From Vulcanimicrobiota bacterium (GTDB lineage: Bacteria > Vulcanimicrobiota > Vulcanimicrobiia > Vulcanimicrobiales > Vulcanimicrobiaceae), in NCBI GenBank assembly GCA_030038215.1, contig JASHPI010000100.1, forward strand, positions 1 through 52,496: a DNA stretch of 52,496 nucleotides, written 5' to 3'. The notes under the pieces are model-generated. The model made no database searches and was not told the DNA's origin. It worked only from the letters and a program-made list of their open reading frames with translations. Of this stretch, positions 1-12,468 are shown piece by piece (the stretch's first letter is position 1; the number at the start of each line of letters is the position of its first letter). The translations under genes and the position numbers were made by a program.

Positions 1-593
1 TCGCTGGGGCCTTGCTCGCATCCCCACGGCCCGTACGGCAGGTCGACGGATGACTGTGCTTGCGCCGCGATGACGTACTGATGTGCGACGAAGCTTTCGT
101 CGAGCTGCGATTGGAACATCCGATCGGCAAGAACCCATTCGTGCGCCATATCGAAGTAAGGCTTGGATTCCCGATGCGGCACGTAGACGTACTGCCCGTG
201 CGGCGGCCCGTCGTAGAGCGACTCGCGGTTGAATCCGTTCATCCGGCACTTCGTCCCCGGCAAGGGTCCCCTTCCGTTGCACGCCGCGAACATCGCCTTC
301 GCGGAATGGTCGATGTCGTACTTGAATGCCAGGCTGAGCGGGGCGAGTTTGATAGTTCGCCCTTTTGAGTCCTTACCGCTCGAAACGGTATACGCGCCCG
401 GATAACCTTGGAACAGATTGTTGAAGCTGCGATTCTCTTGAATGATGTAGACGACGTGCGTGATCTTTGCGCGCTCGACGCGGACTTCCGTGGACTGTAT
501 CGCCGGCACTTCGGTCCGAGCTCCGAAAGCGCACGCACTCAGCGAGAGAGCTGCGGCCGGCAGCAGCGCGCTAAGACGGCATGATGCGCCCAT
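1..593 (-). CDS. Phosphoesterase family (PLC/AcpA type) lipoprotein, paralogue 2; 3' end runs off the window
   Basis: Absent from the ORF track because there is no stop inside the window. My translation of the minus strand from ATG 593 reads MGASCRLSALLPAAALSLSAC (lipobox) AFGARTEV...[41 protein letters not shown]...[17 protein letters not shown]. It is collinear with the N-terminus of gene 597-1955 and roughly three quarters identical to it by eye. Confidence 0.8.
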   Translation of the reverse strand, partial: MGASCRLSALLPAAALSLSACAFGARTEVPAIQSTEVRVERAKITHVVYIIQENRSFNNLFQGYPGAYTVSSGKDSKGRTIKLAPLSLAFKYDIDHSAKAMFAACNGRGPLPGTKCRMNGFNRESLYDGPPHGQYVYVPHRESKPYFDMAHEWVLADRMFQSQLDESFVAHQYVIAAQAQSSVDLPYGPWGCEQGPS

Positions 594-596
594 CGC

Positions 597-1939
597 TCAC
601 TCCTCGTCGGGTATGCGGTAGTCGGGCGCATGATGCAGAAAGAAATTCCTGCCTTTGGGCGCGTCGATTTTGACGAACTTCCGCGGTTTCTGCAGAAAAT
701 CGAAGCAGTCGACGGGCGAGGCCGCGCGCTCATCGGCGGCCGCCAGCCGTCCCAAACCGAAGAGATCCTCGGCGAAACGCAGGACGCTGGCGGTCTCGTA
801 TTGCGTCTTCGAGACGTAGTCGCGCCGCGCGTAGGGCGAGATTACCAGTAGCGGGACGCGAAAACCCACACCGTCGTAATCCTCGAACGGCGGCTGCACG
901 TGATCGTAGAGACCGCCCCAGTCGTCCCACTGAACGAAGATCGCGGTCGAATTCCAGAACTTGCTCTTGCCGATCGTGTTCACCAGCGCGGCAACCCAAG
1001 AAGGCCCGTCGCCGCCGCCGCAGTTGGTGTGGTCGGAGTCGAAGCACTCCGGCGTGATCCACGTAAAGTTGGCCAACTTTCCCGCCGGCACGTCGAGGAG
1101 AAAGCGCTGCTGCGGCGCGATCACGTCTTTGCGCCAATCGGGGCCGTCGTAAATGTGCTTGACGGCTTGGTACGAAGACCAGAACGCGCCGCCGTCGCTC
1201 GACGGCGTTCCGTACTTACTGGTGTAGAAGCGCCACGACAAACCCGCCCGGTCCAGCTCGTCGCCGAGCGTGAGGTAATCGAAGCAGGGCGGTTCGCCCT
1301 GACCGATCGTGCGTTTTTGGGTCAGCGTGCTGACGAAGTCGATCCCTTGGTAGCCGCAACCCCATTGGCCGAACGGCAGGTCGACGGCCGATTGGGCTTG
1401 CGCTGCAATGATGTATTGGTGCGCGACAAAACTATCGTCGACCTGTGACTGAAACATATGATCGGCGAGCACCCATTCGTGCGCCATGTCGAAGTACGGC
1501 TTCGATTCAGAGTGGGGTACGTAGACGTATTGGGGATGCTTCAAGCTCGCGGGGGCGTAGAAGGTTGCCTCTCGATTGAATCCGTCCATTCGGCACTTCG
1601 TTCCCGGCAGCTTCCCGGTGCCGTCGCAGGCGGCGAACATCGCTTGCGCCGAGTGATCGATTTCATACTTGAGGGCAAGACTCACCGGCGTCAATGGAAT
1701 CGTTTTGCCTTTTGAGTCTTTACCACTGGCGACGGTGTCGGCGCCTGGATACCCTTGGAAGAGATCGTCGAAGCTGCGATTTTCCTGAACGATATAGACG
1801 ATGTGCGTGATCTTTCCCGCGCCGGTTTGGGCGAGCGCCGGCAAGGCGCGATCGCTGCGCATGAACGGCATTGCGGGCTGCGTTCCAGACGCGCAGGCTG
1901 CCAGGCCCAGCGCGGCGGCAAGCGCGCTCAGGCTACAAT

Positions 1940-1955
<16 letters not shown>
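597..1955 (-). CDS. Phosphoesterase family (phospholipase C / acid phosphatase AcpA type) lipoprotein, paralogue 1
   Basis: This is the 597..2267 ORF trimmed to GTG 1955, which gives [21 protein letters not shown] (lipobox). It carries the [25 protein letters not shown] signature of the phosphoesterase family. The upstream part of the long ORF overlaps the Fur gene and is Arg-rich junk. Confidence 0.85.
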
Positions 1956-5253
<3,298 letters not shown>

Positions 5254-6708
5254 CTACCGTCCCTTCGACCCAGGCGTCAGCGACTCCGCGAGCATCGCTG
5301 CGGCCTGCGCGAGGCTCTCGTCGCTGCCGGCGCTGAATCCAAGGAGAAGACCGCGACAGTCGTCTCGCTGAAGGCAGAGGAGCGAAATCGGCAGCACGCG
5401 ATGCCCTTGCGGCAGGGAATTTGCGGCGCGAACGTCGTCAAACTCGCGTGGGCCGCGGATCGCGACGTGCAGACCCGTTTGCGCGGGACCGATGCGCAAG
5501 CTCGGCGGCAGCTTGCGCGAAAGCACGTCGATCAGGATCCGCCGGCGGCGCTGGTAAATCGCCGTCATGCGGCGCACGTGCCGGCTAAAGTGACCGAGTG
5601 CAATGAAGTCGGCGATCGTTTTCTGCAGGTGCGCGGATGCGCCCAGGCTGGTAGCAGCGCGAGCAAAGCGAAACGTCGGCGCGAGATGTCGTGGAACGAC
5701 GACGTAGCCCGAACGCAAACCGGGCGCCAGCGTCTTACTGAGCGTCCCGACATAGATCACTCGCTCGTCGCGATCCAGGCTTTGCAACGCCGGCAGAGGA
5801 TGTGCGTCGAACTCGCTGTCGTAATCGTCTTCGACAACGTATGCGTCGTTGTCCCGAGCCCAGTTTAAGAGCTCGGTGCGGCGGTGCAGCGGCAGCGCGC
5901 CCCCGAGCGGGAACTGATGCGAGGGCGTCACGTAGGCGAGCGACGCTTTGCGTGGCAGCTCTCCGGTGCACATTCCGCCGGCGTCGACCCGAACTCCATG
6001 GAGAACGAGTCCATGTGCCGCGAAGATCGTGCTCGCGAGCTGATAGCACGGATCCTCGATTGCAACGGTGCCGCCGGATTGACGTAAAGCGAAGGCGATG
6101 AGGTGCAGTCCCGCCTGCGTCCCTTCGACGACGATGATCTGCTCGGGATCGGCAACGACGCCGCGGAATTGCGCGATATGCCGCGAGATCGCTTCGCGCA
6201 GTTCGCGCAATCCGGAGCCTTCGCCGTAATCGAGATGCTGGTCGGGAAGTGCGAGATTCGCGCGCTCTATACGGCGCCACGTTCGCAGCGGAAATGCGCC
6301 GAGATCCGGCGCGCCGACGCGCAGCGGTCCGAACGACGATCCGACGGCGTCGAGACGTTCCTGAATTGCCGCAAGCTTCTGGGCGACCGCGGGCGGCTCG
6401 CGCGGCGGTGCGGCGGGGCGGCGGCGGGCGCGATGAAGCGTCGCGGTGACGAACGTGCCGGCGCCGACCCGCGCCTCGAGGTAACCCTCGGCGACGAGCT
6501 GCTCGTAAGCCGAAGTGACAGTATTGCGGGAGAGGTCGAGCCGCCTCGCGAGCTCACGGCTGGGAAAGAGCCGCGAAGCGGCCGGGAAGAACCCGCTCTC
6601 GATCGCCGCTCGCAGGCGCCGGACCAGTTGCGCCTCCAACGGCTCGCGAGCCGCGCGGTCCGGAAAGAGCGGCTCCAGGTCGATTGGCTCTTTCATTTTT
6701 TCTTGCAT
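5254..6708 (-). CDS. MocR/PdxR-type regulator (GntR winged-helix fused to a fold-type I aminotransferase-like domain)
   Basis: The N-terminal GntR HTH is LPSRELARRLDLSRNTVTSAYEQLVAEGYLEARVGAGTFV. The C-terminal aminotransferase-like domain has the PLP-lysine context YVGTLSKTLAPGLRSGYVV. The start is uncertain: ATG 6708, ATG 6696 or TTG 6780. Confidence 0.9.
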   Translation of the reverse strand: MQEKMKEPIDLEPLFPDRAAREPLEAQLVRRLRAAIESGFFPAASRLFPSRELARRLDLSRNTVTSAYEQLVAEGYLEARVGAGTFVTATLHRARRRPAAPPREPPAVAQKLAAIQERLDAVGSSFGPLRVGAPDLGAFPLRTWRRIERANLALPDQHLDYGEGSGLRELREAISRHIAQFRGVVADPEQIIVVEGTQAGLHLIAFALRQSGGTVAIEDPCYQLASTIFAAHGLVLHGVRVDAGGMCTGELPRKASLAYVTPSHQFPLGGALPLHRRTELLNWARDNDAYVVEDDYDSEFDAHPLPALQSLDRDERVIYVGTLSKTLAPGLRSGYVVVPRHLAPTFRFARAATSLGASAHLQKTIADFIALGHFSRHVRRMTAIYQRRRRILIDVLSRKLPPSLRIGPAQTGLHVAIRGPREFDDVRAANSLPQGHRVLPISLLCLQRDDCRGLLLGFSAGSDESLAQAAAMLAESLTPGSKGR

Positions 6709-6895
6709 TGGCGCGATACGAGGGTCCAAATCCTTCCGCAGAATCAGACCATGAAAAGCACGATCACCGGACGACGGCAAGGCCTGAAAAAACGTTCTTG
6801 ATCGTTGATGACGCGAAGGCTCGGTGACCGCTCGTACCTAAGTCTCCGGCGCGCTCCCCGCATCGGCGGTGCGCTCTTTGACACAGGAGGCTACG

Positions 6896-7778
6896 ATGCC
6901 AGAGAAAGCGCCTACTGGGCCGGTCCCACCTTCCCCGACACCCACACCCATCGCCGCGACGGTCACCGCAGGTTTGCTCAACGTCCCGACACCCTCGAGC
7001 GGAGGGAACGTCGTCGGCGTTTGGGGCTACGAGGGCTCGCTCGTCAACTTGCCGGAAGAGACATCCACACCCCCATTCACCTGCGGCGTTTTAGGCCAGG
7101 GCGAACACGGGGGCGTTGTCGGCACGAGCGCACCCGGGTCGGGAGTGCACGGCGTCAACGGGGCCGGAACCGGAACGAAGCCGGTCTACGGATGCGGCGT
7201 TTGGGGCGAGTCCGACAACGGTTACGGCGTTTACGGTGCGAGCAAGACGGCCAGCGGCGTGTATGGGACGAGCCCGGCGGGTCATTTTGCGGGTGAGTTC
7301 GAGGGAGACGTGCAGGTGAGCGGCAGCGTCAGTGTCGGGAGCAACGTATCCGTTGCCGGCGACGTCATCCTCACGGGCAGCGACTGCGCCGAGCAGTTTG
7401 ATACCGCGGGAAAGCGCCGGATCGAGCCTGGGAGCGTCGTCGTCATCGACGGCGAGGGCACTTTGTGCGAAAGTCACCAAGCCTATGACAAGAAGGTCGC
7501 GGGCGTCGTCTGGCGCCGGATGTTACAAGCCTGGTATTCTGCTTGGGGCAACCGGCGAAAAGCGCACGTCAATCGCGCTGGCCGGAAAAGCTTATTGCAA
7601 GGTGGACGCGCAGTATGGAGCGATCTCCGTGGGCGATCTCCTCACGACGTCTCCGACGGCCGGCCATGCGATGAAGGCTGTCGATCCTGACAGAGCATTC
7701 GGAGCGGTTATAGGAAAGGCGCTGAGCGCTCTGGACCGCGAGCAAGGGCTGATTCCGATCCTGATCGCCTTGCAGTAG
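6896..7778 (+). pseudogene. Glycine-rich GVxGxS-repeat protein with a conserved C-terminal domain; the reading frame is broken near 7505-7511
   Basis: ATG 6896 has a perfect AGGAGG 5 nt upstream. The frame of ORF 6869..7690 reads well up to ...YDKKVAGVV, then turns into Arg/Trp-rich junk. The +1 frame (ORF 7332..7778) resumes at that point with SGAGCYKPGILLGATGEKRTSIALAGKAYCKVDAQYGAISVGDLLTTSPTAGHAMKAVDPDRAFGAVIGKALSAL...IPILIALQ. One extra nucleotide (or two missing) would explain the break. Confidence 0.55.
7001..7280 (+). repeat. About seven degenerate Gly-rich peptide repeats (GVWGYEGS / GVVGTSAPGS / GVHGVNGAG / GVWGESDNGY / GVYGASKTAS / GVYGTSPAGH) inside gene 6896-7778
   Basis: Read directly from the translation. 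The periodicity is roughly 10 residues with a G-V-x-G core. Confidence 0.5.
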
Positions 7779-7779
7779 C

Positions 7780-9294
7780 ATGAGCAACATCTCTGAGCTT
7801 CTGAACAACGTCGCCGAGGCAAATAACGGAGCGATCACGCTCGCCGGGAACGTCATCGGTTCGCTCGCCGACATCTCCGGGGCGCTTAACCTCGTCGTCG
7901 GCGCCATCGATCTCTTTCTCAATGACGACCAAGAAATTCTCACCCAGCTGAACAACATTCAAACGCAAATCCAAGAGGGCTTCGCGGCCGTGGCCGCGGA
8001 AGCCCGAGCTGCGAACATTCTCAACCGGCTAAACAATCTCGACCCGGCCCTCGCGCAAGCGCAATCCGTCCTCGATAATCTCAAGGCCGACTTGAGCCAA
8101 ACGCCACCGGTCGACGAAGAGTATCGTCTCCAGCAGATCCAACTCTGCCTCGACTCGGTCGAACAACTCAATCAAGACGATAAGTGGCTGACCAACTTTG
8201 CCGACGAGATTTACTACGGCTCACCGTGGGGCCCCGACGCAGCTGCCGATCAGACCGACTGGTGGGCGCGCCTCATGGCGCCAACACCCAACGCCGACGG
8301 AACGGTCTTCAGTTGCCGCTACGTTCTTCCCGATTTCCTTCGCGTGCTCTATGACTTCATGCTGGTCGCGTCAGCGTTCGAAGCCGACTACACGACGCTC
8401 TACCAAGCTCCGCTGCAAAATTACGCAGCACGCTTGCAGACGGCTTATAACACGTCAAAGCAAGGCCTTGTGACGATCAAGAAACCCACGCCTAGCCAGC
8501 TGGGCATTTTGAGCTTCAGCCAGGACGTTCCGTGGTACGAAAGTTACGGCACATCGGCGATGTGGGGGCCGGACGAACCACCGGGGCCCGGAGAGTTTCC
8601 GTATATAGACCAGCTATATTCGGGCGGAAGCATTCCACCGGATCAAGATGTTTATCAATGGCATGGGCCTTTCCAAGCCGTGACGTCGGTGCTCGATTGG
8701 CAGGGCAACGTTGCTCAAGGTCCGGTACCGATGCGATGCGTGCCATTAGAAGCCGCTGGCTACGTCGATCCGGAGTACGGCTACAATCAAGAGTATGGCG
8801 TCGTGCACACGTACACCGGCTATAGCAACATCTCGAACTACCCGCCGATTCCGTTGCCTGCGGCAAATCCGAACGTCTTCTGGCCACAGTTCTCGGCATC
8901 GTTAGACCTCGCGCTTCAAAGGAATTACAAGCAGGCTTACTCCGGCATCGGATTGGACACGGTTTGGACGACCATCAACGTCCTCAACCGTTTAACGGGT
9001 CAGCCGCTTCTGGGGACCTACGATCCCAATGTGGTTTGGACGCTGCGCGAGCTCAATGGAATTCTGGGATCGGCATTTCCTCCGCAGCCGCCATCGGGGA
9101 TCTCGGCGCAAGCCGTGATCGCGGGCCTTACGACGGTCGCAACCAATATGGACGCGGGCATAAGCGGCGTGAAGCCGGCACCGCCGCTGACCCGTCCGCT
9201 ATCGCTCCGAGACGCGCTTAACAACGCACTGAAGGCAGTAACCTTCACCTGCCGGCCGGGCGGCACCGTCCCTCCCCCGGTCAATCTCGAATAG
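7780..9294 (+). CDS. Hypothetical 504-aa protein with no signal peptide; helical Asn/Gln/Leu-rich N-terminus and a Trp/Tyr/Pro-rich C-terminal half
   Basis: The ATG lies 1 nt after the stop of the preceding gene. The ORF is long and clean despite lower G+C (45-55% on spot-counted lines). I could not recognise any family signature. Confidence 0.7.
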   Translation: MSNISELLNNVAEANNGAITLAGNVIGSLADISGALNLVVGAIDLFLNDDQEILTQLNNIQTQIQEGFAAVAAEARAANILNRLNNLDPALAQAQSVLDNLKADLSQTPPVDEEYRLQQIQLCLDSVEQLNQDDKWLTNFADEIYYGSPWGPDAAADQTDWWARLMAPTPNADGTVFSCRYVLPDFLRVLYDFMLVASAFEADYTTLYQAPLQNYAARLQTAYNTSKQGLVTIKKPTPSQLGILSFSQDVPWYESYGTSAMWGPDEPPGPGEFPYIDQLYSGGSIPPDQDVYQWHGPFQAVTSVLDWQGNVAQGPVPMRCVPLEAAGYVDPEYGYNQEYGVVHTYTGYSNISNYPPIPLPAANPNVFWPQFSASLDLALQRNYKQAYSGIGLDTVWTTINVLNRLTGQPLLGTYDPNVVWTLRELNGILGSAFPPQPPSGISAQAVIAGLTTVATNMDAGISGVKPAPPLTRPLSLRDALNNALKAVTFTCRPGGTVPPPVNLE

Positions 9295-9651
9295 GAATTC
9301 TTCGCTCGAGTACACCGTTAGATTACTGGCGCGAAGATGGCTGGTAGGCGCAAGCTAGAGTCCTAAACTGAACTGAGGACGTGATGGAGCAATGGCAAAG
9401 CCTAGAGATCACGAGGCCGAGCATTTGCAGTCGCCGCCAACACGAACGTGAGAACGCGGGCGACGACCCGTTGCGTCACACCGAGATCATCGCGCGCCCG
9501 CCGTCCTATTGACGCTTGCGGCTCTGTTTTTGGCGCTTGCGGCGATCAAACGCGGCGCCGCCGCTCACCATCGCCTTCGGTCCGAGTACCTTCGGTCGCC
9601 GGCCTGTTTGGGTAGGAGCAAGCGCGCGGCTGGCTGAAGCCACCCTGCCTG

Positions 9652-12468
9652 GTGACGCCCCAGCGTATGGCCGGCTTGACCGTCGGCGCGTTCGCTATTT
9701 GCGCACTCGCCGGCGCGACCGTGCGCGCCGTTCACTATGGGTTCGGCGTCAACGCGCAAAATATAGTGGTCGTACGTCCGCCCCCTATGGCACCATCCGC
9801 GCGAGGTATGGATCCACGGATCGGCATCACGGGCTACGTTACGCGTCCGCATTGCACGCTCACCCTGTATGCGGACGAAGCACCGATCGCGAGTGCAACG
9901 CCTCCGCCGCTCCCCGCGCGCTTTACCTTTAGCTTGCCGCAATCGCTCTGGGAGACGCAAAACCAGATACTCGCTCGGTGTCCGTTGCCAAGCTTCCCGT
10001 TCGTTAGCCGCGCGCTCGTCGCGGTTCCGGTTCCCAAGAATCTCGATGTCTCCGGGAACGCGCTCTTCCGCGGCGTGGCGCGAGCCGTACACTTTTGGAT
10101 TAGCCCGGGGCGCACGAACTTTTATGGGGTCCTCGAACTAAGCGGCGACGAACCTCGCCTTACGAGCGCGCTCGAACTGTCGTCGCTCGATCAACTTGCG
10201 CGCGAAGCGTTTAACATCAACTTCAACTTTCACCCACTGTATGATGCGCTGCGCAGTCCGACTCCGCAACTGTATGAGAGCAACCATCACCTTTTTTTGA
10301 CGCTTCGCGGCGAGCTCTATCCGTACGCGACCGTTGCCGGTAGCTCGAGAATCAACATCGTCGTCTCGCCGATCGAGCTCGTGCGCGCGGCGTGCGTCAG
10401 GCACGACGCATTTGCTACGGGTTTCGAGTGTAACTCGGACCCGCCCGCAAACGAGAACAGCAAGGTCGTCGTGCGCCTACGCGGCCTCAACGCCACGTCA
10501 TTTCCGAGCGATACGCTCGGGATCTCGCGGTCGCTTGGGCCGCCCAACCATCTGGACCGTGACGGCAGCTACGTTTGGTATACTTCGGTGGCTGCTCCAA
10601 CGCCTCAAAGCGTACAGATCGACGTACACGGTTACGCCCTCTCGTCGCCGGGTGAAGTTCACCACTTTCTAGCGGCGGAAGCCAAGGGCGACACGCCGTT
10701 ACTGCAGGTGATTGTTGACGCGGTCCACGCCCTGATCGGCGTTGTAATTGTTGCAATTCTACTCGTCTACGCCGGCTTCTGGAAACACGATGTCGAGCAC
10801 GAGCGCTATTGCGGCATCATCACTGCGGCCGCGCTGGCAAGCGTCCTGGTTGACGCAGGGTCTTGGTTAGCCAGGTACGGGTTTTACATTTTCGTAAATG
10901 GGAGAGGCCTCCAGCCGGCAGAGCAGCGCAATGTCAGCTTCTTATTGGGTTATCTGCGACCCACGTTCGTCGCCGCCGAGTTGGCGGCGCTGATCGCCAT
11001 CGTGGCGATCGTTTGGGCGTTGCGGCACTGGAAAGTAACGAGCAACGTTGGTTATTTCTTGGGCACGGCACTTGCAATCCTCACCATTTCGTTCTTAGGC
11101 TCACTGTATAGTGCAGTCGAGCTGCACCAGCACTACCTCTCCCTAAGTAACCCCAACAATCTTAACTCCTCGCTGCTCACCATTGCTTCCAACGCGATCC
11201 TTGCGGTCGTAATGTTCGTGCTGCTGATGGTATCATTCAGGCCGGAGCTGGCCATGCAGCTCTTCGGCGTAGCCCGCTCTTTGCGACCATGGGTGTATTG
11301 GCTCGTGGTCTCTCTCATGACTCTGTCGGCAGTGGTCGTCGCGCCAAGTTCGGCGTACTTTGCTGGGAACTACTCGGCACCGGAATTCCGTATCGACATG
11401 GTCGTGATGGAGGCCGGCAACTACATCTCAGGGTTGGCCGTTGTGGTGCCGATCTTGTGGTTTCTTTGCTCTCGCAACCGCGCTATCGTCAAAACGGCGA
11501 AGCATAAGGGGCACCTAGCTTTGCTGTTCGCCGTCCTAGTTGTGCTGACGGGCTACGCATACTTAGGGTTCCCGGTCACGTTGCTGCTGACGTTTGCCGC
11601 GATCTATTGGATCGCCTTGCGGCCGAACAGAGATTACGAGGCAATATCGGCAAACCTGAATAGCGGCCGCACGCGAGAGGACTTGCTGGCGGAAGCTTAT
11701 GACATCGACATGTGCGCGGCGGCTCGCCAGACGAAGGAGCGATTCCTTTCCCAATTCGTTAGCGGAAACTCGACCTGGGATGATTACAAAAAGCGCGAAG
11801 CCGAGCTCGATGCATTTATCAGCAGCAGGGAGACGAGCTCGCAAGACGGCACGCGCGCGCATGCGACGGAGCTTGCCTTCGGAATGGGGCTTGAAAACGA
11901 CCTGGTGTCAAACGCTCGCTTCACCGCGCTGATCTCACTCGCGCCGGCTTCGATCCTGACCGCGTTGGCGGCTCAAGCCGTCATTGGCAACGCTTCTGCG
12001 GCTCACGCGCCGTTCTTTGTGGCTTTTGCGCAAGTCGTTTCTTCGGTCATCGGATATATGGCCGCAGGCCTTGGATTTGGTCTGGTGTATCCGTACGTGC
12101 GAGGGAAGGTCGGCACGATGAAGGCCCTCTGGATAATCCTGGCGCTGGCGCTCTCGATTCTGCCGTACGAGTTCATGTCGGGTTCGCGGCCGGATTATTT
12201 GGCACAGATCTTGCGATGGCTGATCTTTTTCGGCGGCCTAGGAGTGACGACGGATGTGCTGAGCGCGGTTCGTTGGAAGCGGCGCCTCAACGTTCGCGAC
12301 CTCATCGGCATCGTGGGCGTCGGTCATTTTGCCGCAGTCGGGGCGGTCGCCGTAACGATCGCGACGTCGCTCTTGACGTCGGAGTCGCGCGATCTGCTCC
12401 AAGTCGCAATCCACCACGTGGTTCCGGCCCAATATGCTCTCCCGACGCCGCAGGACCCAGGTGAATAG
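9652..12468 (+). CDS. Large polytopic membrane protein of unknown function (N-terminal ~350-aa extracytoplasmic-looking domain, more than 12 hydrophobic helices, one charged ~100-aa loop)
   Basis: MTPQRMAGLTVGAFAICALAGATV is a signal/anchor sequence; ATG 9667 is an alternative start. Many 20-25 residue hydrophobic stretches begin at LLQVIVDAVHALIGVVIVAILLVYAGFW. A soluble loop reads RPNRDYEAISANLNSGRTREDLLAEAYDIDMCAAARQTKERF...KKREAELDAFISSRE. The stop overlaps the next gene. Confidence 0.8.
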   Translation: MTPQRMAGLTVGAFAICALAGATVRAVHYGFGVNAQNIVVVRPPPMAPSARGMDPRIGITGYVTRPHCTLTLYADEAPIASATPPPLPARFTFSLPQSLWETQNQILARCPLPSFPFVSRALVAVPVPKNLDVSGNALFRGVARAVHFWISPGRTNFYGVLELSGDEPRLTSALELSSLDQLAREAFNINFNFHPLYDALRSPTPQLYESNHHLFLTLRGELYPYATVAGSSRINIVVSPIELVRAACVRHDAFATGFECNSDPPANENSKVVVRLRGLNATSFPSDTLGISRSLGPPNHLDRDGSYVWYTSVAAPTPQSVQIDVHGYALSSPGEVHHFLAAEAKGDTPLLQVIVDAVHALIGVVIVAILLVYAGFWKHDVEHERYCGIITAAALASVLVDAGSWLARYGFYIFVNGRGLQPAEQRNVSFLLGYLRPTFVAAELAALIAIVAIVWALRHWKVTSNVGYFLGTALAILTISFLGSLYSAVELHQHYLSLSNPNNLNSSLLTIASNAILAVVMFVLLMVSFRPELAMQLFGVARSLRPWVYWLVVSLMTLSAVVVAPSSAYFAGNYSAPEFRIDMVVMEAGNYISGLAVVVPILWFLCSRNRAIVKTAKHKGHLALLFAVLVVLTGYAYLGFPVTLLLTFAAIYWIALRPNRDYEAISANLNSGRTREDLLAEAYDIDMCAAARQTKERFLSQFVSGNSTWDDYKKREAELDAFISSRETSSQDGTRAHATELAFGMGLENDLVSNARFTALISLAPASILTALAAQAVIGNASAAHAPFFVAFAQVVSSVIGYMAAGLGFGLVYPYVRGKVGTMKALWIILALALSILPYEFMSGSRPDYLAQILRWLIFFGGLGVTTDVLSAVRWKRRLNVRDLIGIVGVGHFAAVGAVAVTIATSLLTSESRDLLQVAIHHVVPAQYALPTPQDPGE

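Noticed and set aside
7500-7515. Programmed ribosomal frameshift as the explanation for the frame change in the repeat-protein gene.
   Set aside because: There is no slippery heptamer (the sequence is GGCGTCGTCTGGC) and I saw no obvious downstream stimulatory structure. An indel, either real or from assembly, is the simpler explanation.
9384-9512. An RBS-preceded 42-codon ORF in the 357-bp spacer.
   Set aside because: It is too short, has no recognisable features and has atypical composition. It is mentioned in a finding but not called as a gene.
9509-9540. TTGACG as a -35 promoter element for the membrane-protein operon.
   Set aside because: No acceptable -10 hexamer lies at 16-19 bp spacing (the downstream sequence is GGCGCT). 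The sigma factor preferences of this lineage are unknown.
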